From assembly GCF_036321535.1 (NCBI RefSeq), contig NC_087436.1, positions 54,562,001-54,626,000 of the forward strand: a DNA stretch of 64,000 nucleotides, in the 5' to 3' direction. The DNA comes from Camelus dromedarius (lineage: Eukaryota). A program made the position numbers and the translations under genes. The notes beneath the pieces were generated by a model. The model ran no database searches, was not told the origin of the DNA, and worked only from the letters and a program-made list of their open reading frames with translations. Below are positions 25,293 through 38,245 of the stretch, in pieces. The number at the start of each line of letters is the position of its first letter. Within the stretch, counting starts at the first letter, position 1.

Positions 25293-28200
25293 GGAGAGTG
25301 GCCAAGATGGTGGAGTAGGTGGTCTCTGCGCTCACCTCCTCTCATGAGCACAACTACCTGCAGAACAACCATTGTTGAAAAAGATTGGGACCTACCAGAA
25401 AAGATCTTCTACAACTAAAGACATAAAGAAGGGACCACAGTAAGACAGGTAGGAGGGTACACTCAAGACAGAATCAAATCCCATACCGCCCAAGGTGGGA
25501 GACCCACAAGCTAGAGAATAATTATATTGTAGTGGTTATTCCAGAGGGGTGGGAGTTCTCAGCCCCACATCAGGCTCCCCAGCCTAGGGATCCAGCAGTA
25601 GGAAGTAGAGGGAGGCCCTAGAGCATCTGACTTTGAAGGCCAGCAGGGTTTAACTGCAGGAGCCCCATAGGACTAGGGGAAAAAGAGATTTCACTCTTAA
25701 AGGGTGCACACAAAATCTCATGCACACTAGGACCCAGGGCAAAAGCAGTAGTTTGTTAGGAATGTGGGCCAGACCTACCTGCTGGTCTTGGAGAGTCTCC
25801 TAGAGACTCCTGGAGAGGCAGAGGGTGGCTACAGCTCACCCTGGGGCATAGACATTGGTGCAGACTTACTTAGGAACATTCAATTGTGTGAACACTGCTG
25901 CTAGTGGCTGCCATCTTAGCTCAAAGATTTTTCAATATCCACAAATCAATCAGTTTGATACACCACACTAAAGAATTGAAGAATAAAAACCATATGGTCA
26001 TCTCTGTAGATGCAGAAAAAGCTTTTGATAAATTTCAACATCCGTGTATGATAAAAACTCTCCCGAAAGTGGGCATAGAGGAAACATACCTCAACATAAT
26101 AAAGGCCATATATGACAAATCCACAGCTAACATCATCCTCAGTGGTGGAAAGCTGAAACCATTCCCTCCAAGATCAGGAACAAGACAAGAGTGCCCACTC
26201 TCGCCACTTTCATTCAATGTGGTTTTGGAAGTCCTAGCCACAAAAAGCAAGAAACTAAAATAAAAGGAAGCCAAATTGCAAGGAAGAAGTAAAACTGTCA
26301 CTGTTTGCAGATGACATGATACTGTACACAGAAGATCCCAAAGACACTACCAGAAAACTACTAGAGCCTATCAGTGAATTTGTTAAAGTTGCAGGATACA
26401 AAAGGAGTATACAGAAATCGATTGCATTTTTATACACTAACAACAGAATATCAGAAAGAGAGATTAAGGAAACAATCCCATCTACTAACACATCAAAAAG
26501 AATAAAATACCTAGGAATAAACCTACCTAAGGAGGCAAAAGACCTGAACTCCAAAAAACTGTAAGATGCTGATGGAAGAAATTGAAGATGACAGAAACAG
26601 ATGGAAAGATATACTGTGTTTTTGGATTGGAAGAATCAATATTATTAAAATGTCCATACCACCTAAAGCAGTCTGTAGGTTCAGTGTAATCCCTATCAAA
26701 TTACCAATGGCATTTTTCACAGAACTGGAACAAATAATCTTAAAATTTGTATAGAAACACAGAAGATCCTGAGGAGCCAAAGCAATCTTGAGAAAGAAGA
26801 ACAGAGCTGGAGGAATCATGCTCCCTGACTTCAGACTATACTACAAAGCTGCAGTAATCAAAACAGTCTGGTACTGGCACAAAAACAGATGCATAGATCA
26901 ATGGAACAGGATAGAAATTCCAGAAGTAAATCCACACACTTACAGTCAATCTGTGACAAAGTAGGCAAGAATATACAATGGAGAAAAGACAGTCTCTTAA
27001 ACAAGTGGTGCTGGGAAAACTGGACAGCTATGTATAAAACAATGAAATTAGAACATTCTCTACCACCATATACAAAAATAAACTCAAAATGGATTAAAGA
27101 CCTAAACGTAAAACCAGATACTTTAAAACTCCTAGAGGAAAAGATAGGCAGAACACTCTTCGACATAATTTGCAGCAGTATTTTTTTTTTTTTTTTGATG
27201 TCTTCTAGAGTCATGGAAATAAAAGCAAAAATAAACAAATGGGACAAAACAAAATCTTTTGCACAGCAAAGGAAACCATAAATAAAATGAAAAGGCAACC
27301 TATGGAATGGAGAAGATATTTACAAATAATGTTACCAACAAGGGACTAATTTCCAAATATACTAACAGTTCATGCAGCTCAATATCAAAAAAATTAAAGA
27401 ATGGGCAGAAGACCTAAATAGACATTTCTCCAAAGAAGACATGTAGATGGCCAAGAGGCACAAGAAAAGATGCTCAACATTGCTAATTATTAGAGAAATG
27501 CAAATCAATACTGCAATGAGGTACCACTTCATACTGCTCAGAATGGCCATCATCAAAAAGTCTACAATAATAAATGCCAGAGAGGGCATGGAGAAATGTT
27601 GTTGGGAATGTAGTTTGGTGCAGCCATATGGAGAACAGTATGGAGGTTCCTTAAAAAACTAAAAATAGTTACCATATGATCCAGCAATCCTACTCCTAGG
27701 CATACATCCAGAAAAGATGAAAGCTCCAATCTGAAAAAATACATGCACCCCCATGTTCATAGTAGCACTATTTACAATGGACAAGTCATGGAAGCAGCCT
27801 AAATGTCCACTGCCAGATGAATGGGTAAAGAAGATGTGGTAAACACACACACACACGAAATGTTACTCAGCCATAAACAGAATAAAATGATGCCATTTGC
27901 TGCAACATGGATGGACCTAGAGATTATCATACTAAGTGAAGTCAGACAGAGAGAGACAATCACTTATATGTGGAATCTAAAAAAGTGATACAAATGAGCT
28001 TATTTACAAAAGAGAAACAGATTCACAAACATAGAAAACAAACTTGTGGTTACCAAAGGGGAAAGGTAGGGGAGAGAGAAATTAGGAGTTTAGGATTAAC
28101 AGATACACACTACTATATATAAAATAAACAACAAAGACCTACTGTACAGCATGGAGAATTATATTTGATGTCTCATAATAACCTATAATGGAAAAGAATC

Positions 28201-28310
28201 TGAAAAAGAATATAAAGAATATTATATATGTATATTTATACCTGGATCACTTTTCTGTACACTTGAAACTAGGACAATGTTGTATGTTAACTATACATCA
28301 ATTTAAAAAA
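25293..28310 (+). mobile_element. Artiodactyl-type L1 with an intact-looking 5' end fused directly to the RT region (ORF1 and EN absent), frameshifted ORF2, 3' UTR
   Basis: Starts ggagagtggccaagatgg. From about 25921 the ORF2 motifs [62 protein letters not shown] follow. Ends ctatacatcaatttaaaaaa. Confidence 0.92.
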
Positions 28311-31300
28311 CCCGTAATATAAAAGGAGGAATTATATTAGTATGAAGTTTACTATGGAGGAAGGAAATGACCAATAAACATAGTAAGAAATTCGAATTCC
28401 TTAATAGAGAAATATGAATCAAAACAATGGGCTACTGTTTTCACGAAATGTGTGGCACAAGAAAGAATAAAAGCATCCAGTGCTATAACATTTTTTGGAA
28501 AAGCAGTATTTATTTGCCCTACCAAAATCCAGTTTTAGAAAATATCCTTAAAAAATAAAATTTTATGTAAGGATTTATTTCTGAAAATGGTTATTCGGTA
28601 TTTTTACAGGCAGCACAGTCAAAATAATCCTCACGTCTATCAAAAGACAAGGTTTGAATAAATGATAGTACTGTATCTATGAAAACTATGCTGAAAGAGA
28701 AAATGAATACGATTGACAGTGAACTAATGCTCTGTTAATTGACTTGTAGAGATATCCATAATACAGCATGAAATAAACAAGCATATTAAAGAATTGTATT
28801 ATATAATGCCATGTATTTATGAGATAAATCTATATATGCATAATTTTTTTCAGCACAGAGAAGAGTACAGATGGATTCACATGGAAAAGTTGTTACCTGC
28901 TGGGGGAGGGTTAGTGGTTTAGTAACTTTCAAAACCTGCAATTGTTTCATTTATTCCAAAAATCAGATAAAAAAGGAAAATGATATTAATTTAGGCTTTT
29001 CCCTAAAAATCGTAAAATCTTCTGGTCCACTGGCAAGGCTTTCTCCCATGTCCCTGGTGTACTAAATGGTGGGGTGGTAGGAACCGTTTGTCCTACATGC
29101 AAGCAATAAGTAAGTATATTGTAGAAAATTTAAAAACAATAATCAAACCCACTAAAAGTCAGTTGGATTTTTATCATCACTATGAGCTGGCAATTCTAAA
29201 AAATGTCAGTGATAGTGCCTCTCTCTGCCATTGTCACCCCCACTATAGCATCATTTTCCCATGTCCCAACTTTAGTTAAGAAACTAAACTAAAATAATGT
29301 TAAATGTCAGTTATATCTCAATAAAAAAGTTTGTCTAGGTAATGAATTTACTGACCTCTAGCTTCTTCTATCCTGTCTCAGTTTTAGACCACTCTTTCTC
29401 TAGTTAATCTTTGCTGTTAACAAATGTGTGTATGCATCTGTGCGTGTTTGAATATATAGTTTGTGTGTGTAGATATATGTATGAGTATAGATGTTTTGGG
29501 GGTGGCAATTAGTAGTTATAATGAACTACATTTTTCTTCTGTTAAATCTACTTTAGTCACAAAAATATATGTTCTTAAAAAAGAAAATATCCTCAAGAGA
29601 ATTCATAGAATTTCCAATTCTGTCTCAAAAGGAAAACCAATGTTAACCTTAGACTAAATATAAACAAATTCAACCGTTTCAAAATTCAGTAACATAGTTT
29701 TCTAAGTGCTCTTAAATATGCATTATCCTCTATTGTGCCATTTATCAAATTAAGTAACTTGACTTCACATATATTCCAAATAGCTTGACTTTTATGAAGT
29801 ACTATATGCACTCAATATAAACATATTCTCAGCCATTTTGAAATTTTGTATGATGTATATTTTATGCATATCTAATTTGAGAGTTTAAAAGGAAGAACGC
29901 TTTTTATTTACCATTTAGATCTGCTTGCCTTATAAAAGTTGGTTTTGCATTATATGTGAAACTGAAGAAATAACAGTGCTTAGATAAGTCAGTAAACACT
30001 CAGAAAATGTTTTCTTCAAATTCGAGTGGTATTGTATTTACAGTATTAAACCTTAACTGCTGTGAACCTCTTCTTGGAGTATTACTTTTCATTTTTTTCC
30101 CCAACAGTGAAACATTGTTTTCAAATGAATTTTTAAATAAGAAGCCAAATAGGATAAACAGATAATATTGCAGCTGTTGTGGGGACTGGCTGGGTGGCTA
30201 TCCTAATGTGCCCTCCTTTCTCCCTAAAGCTTACGTCCAGGAGTCCCTGAGGTACCGTCTCAGAATCTCTGTGGGTCCCCAGGGCAGTATTTTAGTATTT
30301 CACTGTGGATGAAATGTATGCCATATTAAGGAAACACTTCAATGGCTACATCATTCGGAGAAATATTTGAGAAACACTGAAATAGGAATAACATTATTTG
30401 AATAATATGAATATTGCTATTTCATTTTATTGTTTCAACTAGAGACTATGATCAGGAGACATTTCCTCAGATAAATGAGACTAAACTGTATGGTCATCAA
30501 TATATTCTACATGACATAATAGTGTATGAAAATTCTATAAAGATGCATTTTGTACCATAAAATCATGAATTTTAAGAAGTGTATATTTCAGATTGTACAC
30601 TAAATACTATTTATATATGTATAGAAATATCATTCTCCTTTGCAAAATAATGAGATTTTTTCCACATTATAAATCAAAGAGAATATGTAGTAAAAAAAAA
30701 CTTTGACAAAGCAGCACGTACCAGCACAGCAGATGTGCCTCAGATCTCAGTCAGTTGTAGCTCCATTAAAAGAGTTCGTCCACAATATTTCCCTCATCTC
30801 ATGGCCTCCACATTTTATTTTATTGTTAATTCTGTCTCCTGAGAGAGGACTTGGGTCCAAATCACAAAATAATTGTCTCAATCTTACTTTCATTTTATAT
30901 TGTAAAATGAAAATGTATTTTATAAGCCGAAAACTCCCATAACCATAGCTTATTGAATACAGTTGTTCTAACAGAATCCACTAATATGTAGTATTTTTTA
31001 CTCACCTGTTAATTTCTATTTCTGTGTATACCCATAGCTCCTAAAAATGAGGCATGCTCAACATAGAATATCCTTAACTGTCTGTCCATTTGGTTACTGG
31101 GCCTTTAAATTCTGTTAGATCATTCCCTCACAACGCCCTGACCAGCACATAAAAGTGAGCAAGGAGTGATAAAACCTGTTCTAGGTACTTGCACTCCCTC
31201 TTGCCTTCCTGACACCCTGACAAAGAGATTCTTTTAGCTTCTATTCTTCTCTGTCTGTGTCTTTATGTGCCATTTCTCCAGTCTTCCTTTTTGGCTCTTT

Positions 31301-31672
31301 AAGCTTGGACTTTCTATTTAGTTTTGCCTGCATCTCTGGGTTTTTGTCTTCTTTGTAGTCATGGGTCAGAAACAATTCTACCTCTCCTGTCTTGTGCATG
31401 CTGCTGCCTACTGCCTTCATCGCCTTCCCTCCCTCAGTATCGCAGACTCCCAATGTCCAGAACTCAACCTAGCATCTTCCTCCCCGATTCTGCTCTCCGA
31501 CTGTTCTTCTCTATTGGTGAATTATAGCAACATCCTGCCTGTTATGTTGGACTCCTTCCTCCATACCACGGCCATATTTAATGAGGCAACGCACACAGTA
31601 TTTCCAACGAACTGTTAGTTTTCTCTTCTAGATGTTATTATAGACTATCTTTATTCAATAATATCTTTTCAG

Positions 31673-31713
31673 GTTTTATTTCATTTTATTCCAAAAGAAG
31701 ACAAATGACCACA
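31673..31713 (+). CDS. Penultimate coding exon (41 nt, phase 2-1) of gene A; encodes (Q)FYFILFQKKTNDH(T)
   Basis: Acceptor atatcttttcag|G and donor ACA|gtaatt. Phases match both neighbouring exons. Completes a ~19-aa hydrophobic segment followed by QKK. Confidence 0.7.
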
Positions 31714-32205
31714 GTAATTCCAAATCCAAATTCTTCAGAGTGAACTGAGTTTTTACTATAGCATACTAATGTGGATTTTTAAAATTTTATAAATGTTACT
31801 GGGTTGTTATTATAGAAAAATGAGCCCTCTGTTAGGCCAATAAACGGGTGGATTTTTAATACTACTACCTGAATATCATGATTATATATATATATTTTGC
31901 CTGATTTTTAAAAAATGCTTCATGCTGTGTGGGATGATTTCTAATCTTTGTTTTTCTGACCCATGTTTCCTAGAAAAATGGCAGCTTGTTTAATTGCCTG
32001 ACCAAAATACCATAATGTTTTGAATGTTTTGAACTTTGGTTGTAGGTGGTTTTTGAGTTCTGTTATAGTTTTTGCTTTTGTGTGGAAAGAGAAGCTAGTT
32101 GGTAGAGAGAAGGGAGTTTATAGTTTTTAGTTATCTGTGAGGAATCTGAAAGCAGCCTGACTAACTAAAATACATTTCTCAAATATCTTTTTCTTCATTC
32201 CCCAG

Positions 32206-32243
32206 CTCCACTGCATGGGCCAAATTACCGCAAGGCTGTTTGA
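32206..32243 (+). CDS. Coding part of terminal exon of gene A; encodes (T)PLHGPNYRKAV*
   Basis: Branch point ctgactaac at about 32157-32165, long pyrimidine tract tctttttcttcattccccag, phase-1 entry, TGA at 32241-32243, followed by sequence with no obvious repeats and with poly(A) signals. Confidence 0.72.
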
Positions 32244-33720
32244 CATGGAAGAACTTTCTCTGCCTCAGGGGAAGGAAATGGGATTCAGTTCAACCAGGAG
32301 GGAGCTGATTTGCTGCTCTATAGTGTTTATAGAGCAGAGGAAAAAATTTAGTAGTTTAGGGATTAGGTTCATAATGGCCACCTCCAGAGAAACTTTGAAC
32401 TATTTATTACCACTTTTAAGAATCTTTCCTTCTAAAAAGCTCCAAGCCTCCAGATATAGAACTTTACATGGAAGTGCATGTTATATATTTTGGATTTGAG
32501 AGAGAAAATGCTGTAAAGCATGGAAGGAGAGAGGACTGATTAAGAGCTCCCATTCTAGATGACCTCAGTTATAGCAACCTATCCAATTAAGTTCTCATTT
32601 CCACATAGCACAGAGGTCACTGGAGCTTTACTTTTTTCCTGATGGTCAATCAGAAAAGAAAAACATAGTGCTTACCTGTGATTAATTAAAACAAAAGAAA
32701 ACGAAACTTGTTTGGACATAAATATGAATTTGAAACCCAAAGAAATCACTCTTCATTATTGCTTTCGAATATTAGTAAGACTATACACAAGTTTGTCACT
32801 ATCACAGATTTTTAAAGAAATCATTAAATGAGGAAAAAAGTTTACCAGAAATATTTTATGCACTAATTTCTTGGAGTCATAAACATTCATTTCTTTTAGT
32901 TTTCATTGTTTATGCAAGACATTGACGATAGGCTGTTAAAGTACAATTTAATCACAGGATTTATCTTAAAGAGAATATATAGTAAAATAATTTACATATG
33001 CTGTCACCTGACTTTCTTCTTTCAGAGGTAATATAAAGCTTATTCTCTGTAGTCTACAGTATTCCAGACAGATGCCCTACCAAGTAGAGAATCCATTCTC
33101 ACTGCAGTATACAGTTCTCTATCTTTAAGAAAAAAGCGGCAAAGCAGTTTCAATAATTCCATCAGCCATATTCCTATTTAAACCACAGAATGACTTTTAT
33201 TTAGTGTAGAGTTCCTGGCAGTGTTCCTTGAGCACAATTTGTCTCCTCTGAGTTTGCATTTATCTACTGATCCAGTCACCAAAACAGTCTAAATATTTTA
33301 ACCTATTTACCAGCTTTCTCGTTTTTTCCCTCTCCAATTCCATTTTTAATATAATTGGCTAACAGACTGGTCTTCTTTCACTAGGCTCTAAAATTATTAT
33401 TCATATTCCCTGTGGTTCATATAACATGAATACCGTATGAATGTAAAATGAATTCCTAAACATGTTATACACGTGATTTATTTTAAAGTTGAAAACTTCT
33501 TTTCATGAATCATCATCTGGTGATTCTGTTTTACTTTTGTCATTAGTAAATGAATGATGATGCTTTGGGAATTTTTTTCTGTATAAATAAAAGAAGTAAT
33601 TATAGTGGTATATAATTGAGAATTTATATGCTTTTATCCGGTTAAAATACTTAGTGTTCTTTTAATCATATACTTTTTAAATTTTTAATTTAAAAATAAA
33701 AAAATCTCTTACAGTTGCCA
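32244..33720 (+). other. Putative 3' UTR of gene A
   Basis: AU-rich stretch with no recognisable repeats between the stop codon and the AATAAA signals. The end point is inferred. Confidence 0.45.
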
Positions 33721-33745
33721 TGAAAACCAGTAATGTTTATTTTGG
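33580..33745 (+). terminator. Candidate cleavage/polyadenylation signals of gene A
   Basis: AATAAA at 33586-33591 preceded by TGTA. AATAAA at 33695-33700 followed by CA dinucleotides and GU/U-rich tgtttattttgg. Confidence 0.45.
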
Positions 33746-34639
33746 AAGATTTTGAGTATATTCAGTGAGTCTGGCTTATAACTTCCATCTGCAGTAATGT
33801 TGAAGCACTGTCTGGTTAATACTTCCCCATAAGATGGGGTTAAATTCAGTGGCTATGCAATTCTCATGACCTTTTTCAGATACTGGAGATAACTTAGTCA
33901 TTTTCCATTTCTCAGCTATAATATTTCTTTTGAATGTTGTGAACTTTTAAAAAATGTCACCAAAATGTTAACTATTTTTTTTTCTTCACACATTTGTGGG
34001 TTTTGACTATACTAACATGGGTGCTAAAAAGTCTATTGCAAATATCTTTAACAAACTCTGTAACTTTCTCAATTTATAGATAATCCCGTTTCACACTTCA
34101 ATGCATGATTTATGGTATCGAATAATCTATGATCTAGTCTTCAGAAAGGACACCAAAAAATATCTTTGGTTTCCTTCTTTACTCATTATTATTTATTTAA
34201 AGTAATTCATTTTTTTATTCTAACATTTTTACTATGTTGTTCATATACTTTTTGGATGATTTTTTAAACTCTAGGAGGGTGTAAATAATGTAACCATAAA
34301 ATGGAAGAACACCACAAAAGACTTTTTGTGATAGACATATCCATCTAAAAAGTAAAAACTTTCATGCGAAAAATAAACATTTAAAATCCTCAGAAAGTAG
34401 TAGAAAACTACTGTTAAGAAATACCACAGATATCTGACAGATGTGAGTCATTTACTACGTGCCCACTTCTCTTCTAAGAACTACTCATTCCCGTCAATGG
34501 AAAAGAAAACCGATCACCTATTCCTGTTCACAGAAGTATGCAGAGGCAGCTCTGGCTCTACATCTAGAAAAGATAGCTCGAGAGAACATGCTTTTAATCT
34601 CTCCACTAAGAGTTAAAATACAAAGTTATTTCCACTATG

Positions 34640-35129
34640 AGTAAAGGCAGTCAGAACATGTCACGCCAAAATATGCCACTCTGGCATATTGACTATTTTG
34701 AGTTAAAGGCACTTGCAAAATGGCAAATACAAAAAACTCAAACTTTCCTTCTTTTTTGTAAAAGCAGGAGATGAATTCCCATGTGAAAGATGTCTTCCCT
34801 ATACTGGGAGGAAAGTAACATCCCTATCATCAAGGATGAGAATTCTACGCAAGCAGACCTTGTTAACATCATTCCTACCCCTTTTAGCTTCTCCACAAAG
34901 TCTTGTTACTTTTCCACAGTTGCTTCTCTTTGTTCAGCCTAATATCAAAGCCTATAGGTTTTACTATTTCTTCGGGTCTTCACTCCTTACGAAGGCTCCC
35001 ATGTCACACAAAACTTTATTAAAAAACTTGTATTTTTTTTTCTATTGATCTGTCTTAAGTCAATTTAATTCTAAGGCCCAGTTGTAAAGAACTCTAATGG
35101 GGTAAGGGTAAAATTTAGACTCCCCTAGA
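34640..35129 (+). mobile_element. ERV1-class solo LTR, MER34-like
   Basis: gtcagaacatgtcacgccaaaatatgccactctggcatattgactattttgagttaaaggcacttg ... aaaatttagactcccctaga. Confidence 0.75.
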
Positions 35130-36099
35130 CTAGTAATCAAAGTAAAATCATTAAAAGAAGCAGATGACATTACCTATCAATCAAGTCAACAAAAAAATTT
35201 TTGTTCAAAAAATACACAATGATGAAAAGAGCAGTATGAATCAGGCCTCTTAAAAATTCAAAATATGGTTGCCTCTGGCTAAGTAATTCTATGTCTGATC
35301 ATCTATCGTACAAGTAAAAAACTGAAAACAATATAAATTATATATATATGTAAAGTAAATGTAGAAGTAAAACATGACATGACAACACTGGCATATTATG
35401 CAGCCCTAAAACGTGTTTTTGAAAGGTTTGAATAGCCTTGGGGAAATTCTGGCATTGTATAAACAGTGTAACCATTGCGACATTACACAGAAACAAGCAC
35501 GCAGTGGGCAGCAATAATAACAAATCCCATAAAGCAACACGTAGAACAATGATTAGGAAACACCTAGATATTTTTAAATTAAACTGAAGCAGATGAATCC
35601 CAGCTTCTACCAATTACATTTCAGAATGTCTGTATAAACCCACAAAATTTACAGGCTCTGTGATGTTGAGGCTGGAGGTGGTGTGTGTCTGGCTATTGAA
35701 CAGAAGAAATCTGAACCATAAGCCTCCCATTGTCATAGGTGTGGGCTCACTTTTTATTACCTTTTGGAATGATAATAAATAGATATAAAGAATTATTTTG
35801 AAAACCTTAGAATCTTGTAAAAGCAAACACACCACTTCTCTAGGATTATTTTCAGTTTTGAAAAGATTTTTCTTCCCTAACCTCTGAAAATGAGCTAACA
35901 ATAAAACATTACAAACCCCTATGACAGAGAATAAACATATGTAAACAACAGGAGAATTAGCAGACCGGAAAACAATATATGATAAAATAGTCTACTGAAA
36001 CTATAAAATACATTTTAGTAATATCAAAGATTTATTAGAAACCAGAGTGAAAAATCTAGGAAACATACAAAGATTTTAAAGACTTTTAAAGTATCCATA

Positions 36100-37925
36100 G
36101 AGTTCTGGTTTCAGCTCTAATATGTGTAGAGCTTGGAAATCATCACTCCTGTCTTCACAACAAGAAAAAGCTGGACAAAGTGCAAACTGATGACTTTTCT
36201 GACTCATCAGACTCATCTAAAAACTGAAGTTGCAGGGACAACCACCACTCTGAAATCTGAAGAGACAGACACATCCAGAGAGATTCAGGAACCAAGATCT
36301 ACTTACCAGCAGCAGAAGCCACTGGAGCTATAAACCGGTAGGGACACTTACACGGAAAATTCAAGAAACTGCTGGAGGCTGAGAGTGGAATAGCCTAAAA
36401 ATGAGAAAATTATGGGGGCTGCAGGCTTAAGGGGGCCCCACACTTGCATGGGCTTTCTCTCCAATTACTCCAACTAGGTTTTTCTGGTAAGGATCCTAGA
36501 AAGATCCTCTTGTCAGCCCAGCAAGGAGAGTAACCATTGTGAAACAAGCCCAGAGCCTTCCCCATAATAAGGTCTGCTCTCCAGGGGAAAGGACTTTGCC
36601 TGATGCAGTTCTGAAACTTTATCCCAGGTGAAGAAGACTGAGGCAGGAAAAAAAAATAAATAGATGACTTTTTTTTTTTTCCTAAGAGTGCATCTTTTAA
36701 AAGGGCAGTAGTTATTGAAGTGGACATGACTGTGACCTTTTATGACTATTAATATATGCCTAAGTGATGCCTAATGCATCTAGAATCCTTGCAAATATTC
36801 TGTGAAATAATTCAGTTCACTCACTATTATCACTACTATAATATAGTGATATATACCAGGCATAGTGACAGGGCCTATAAGCATATAAAAATATGCTCAA
36901 CATTATTTATCATTAGAGAAATGCAAATTAAAAGCAATAAGATCCCACTACACACCTAGTCAAATTACTAAAATTCAGACAACTGGTAATACAAATTGCT
37001 GGTGAGAATGTGCAGCTACAGAGACAGGAACAAAATTCATTCTTGGTGGGAATGCAAAATAGTACTGCTACTTTGAAAGATAATTTGACAGTTTCTTACA
37101 AAGCTAGACAGTCTTACCATATGATCCAGCAATCATGTTCCCAGGTATTTACCCAGGTGATTTGAAACTAATGCCCACACAAAAACCTGCACATGAATGT
37201 TTATAAGCAGCTTTATGCATAATTTCCAAAGACTAAAAGGAATCAATATGTCATTCAATAGGTGAATGGAAAAACAAACTGTGATACATCTATACAATGA
37301 AATATTTAGTGATAAAAAGGAATGAGCTTTGAAGTCACAGAAAGACATGACTACTGAACCACAGATACTTTATGACCCAACAGTTAGTCTTTTAAGTATA
37401 TAACCAACAGAAATGTGTACATATGCACACCAAAGAACATGTATCATGACGGATAGCAGCGCTATTTATAATTGCTGAAATATGGAAACAACCTACAAGT
37501 GGTCTTCAGAAGTAGAATGCATGAAATACATTGTTTATATAGTGGAATGCAAGAGGGAATGGAGAAGGAATGTTAAACAGAACTCCATGAATCCGTATCA
37601 CAAGCATACTGTTGAATGAATTAAGCAAGGCACAAAAGGAGATTCTCTTACGTGATTCCACTTAACGTAAAACTCAAAACCAGGCAAAACTTATCTAATA
37701 ATGGTCTTAGAAGTCAGGATACTTGTGACTCTTGCAGGCTCTGAAGGGGATCTGGGGAGTTACAACTGTGTGCGGGCACATAGGAACTTTCTGGAAGACT
37801 GGTAGTATTTTATTTCTTGACCTGGGTGCTGTTTCCACAACACTGTTCACTTTTTGAAGATTCATTATATTATACTTATTTCTACATTTTTCTCTATGTA
37901 TGTTATGCTCTAGTAAACACTTAAA
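36100..37925 (+). mobile_element. Cluster of old L1M pieces: 5' UTR (about 36100-36650) and two 3' fragments (about 36870-37350, 37370-37925)
   Basis: tcattagagaaatgcaaattaaaa; ttaccatatgatccagcaatc; aaaactcaaaaccaggcaaaact. Confidence 0.7.
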
Positions 37926-38079
37926 TACATAGAGAATGTGTAAGAAAATTAAACAGTATCTAATACCAGTTCAAGAAAAAGGAAATAAGGAAAATGGAGA
38001 AGAGAGACACACATAATCTTAGCTGAGAATTTTCCAGAAATGAATGAAGACCTGAAATTCTCAGAATTTAAAAAAAAAC

Positions 38080-38245
38080 AAACAAACAAACAAGTTCATA
38101 CTGTATAGCACAGGGAACCATATTCAACATCTTGGTGAAGAAGAATATGAGAACGAATGTATGTATGTTCCTATGTGACTGAAGCACTGTGCTGTACACC
38201 AGAAATTGACAGCATTGTAAACTGACTGTACTTCAATAAAAATAT
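38080..38245 (+). mobile_element. Short 5'-truncated young L1 3' UTR
   Basis: actgtatagcacagggaaccatattcaacatcttg...gctgtacaccagaaattgacagcattgtaaactgactgtacttcaataaaa. Confidence 0.8.

Noticed and set aside
25904..27662. RT-like ORFs as a novel reverse-transcriptase system
   Set aside because: Ordinary frameshifted L1 ORF2 fragments.
32215..32499. 94-aa ORF in the supplied track
   Set aside because: It overlaps the terminal exon in a different frame from the one fixed by splice phase and runs through the presumed 3' UTR.
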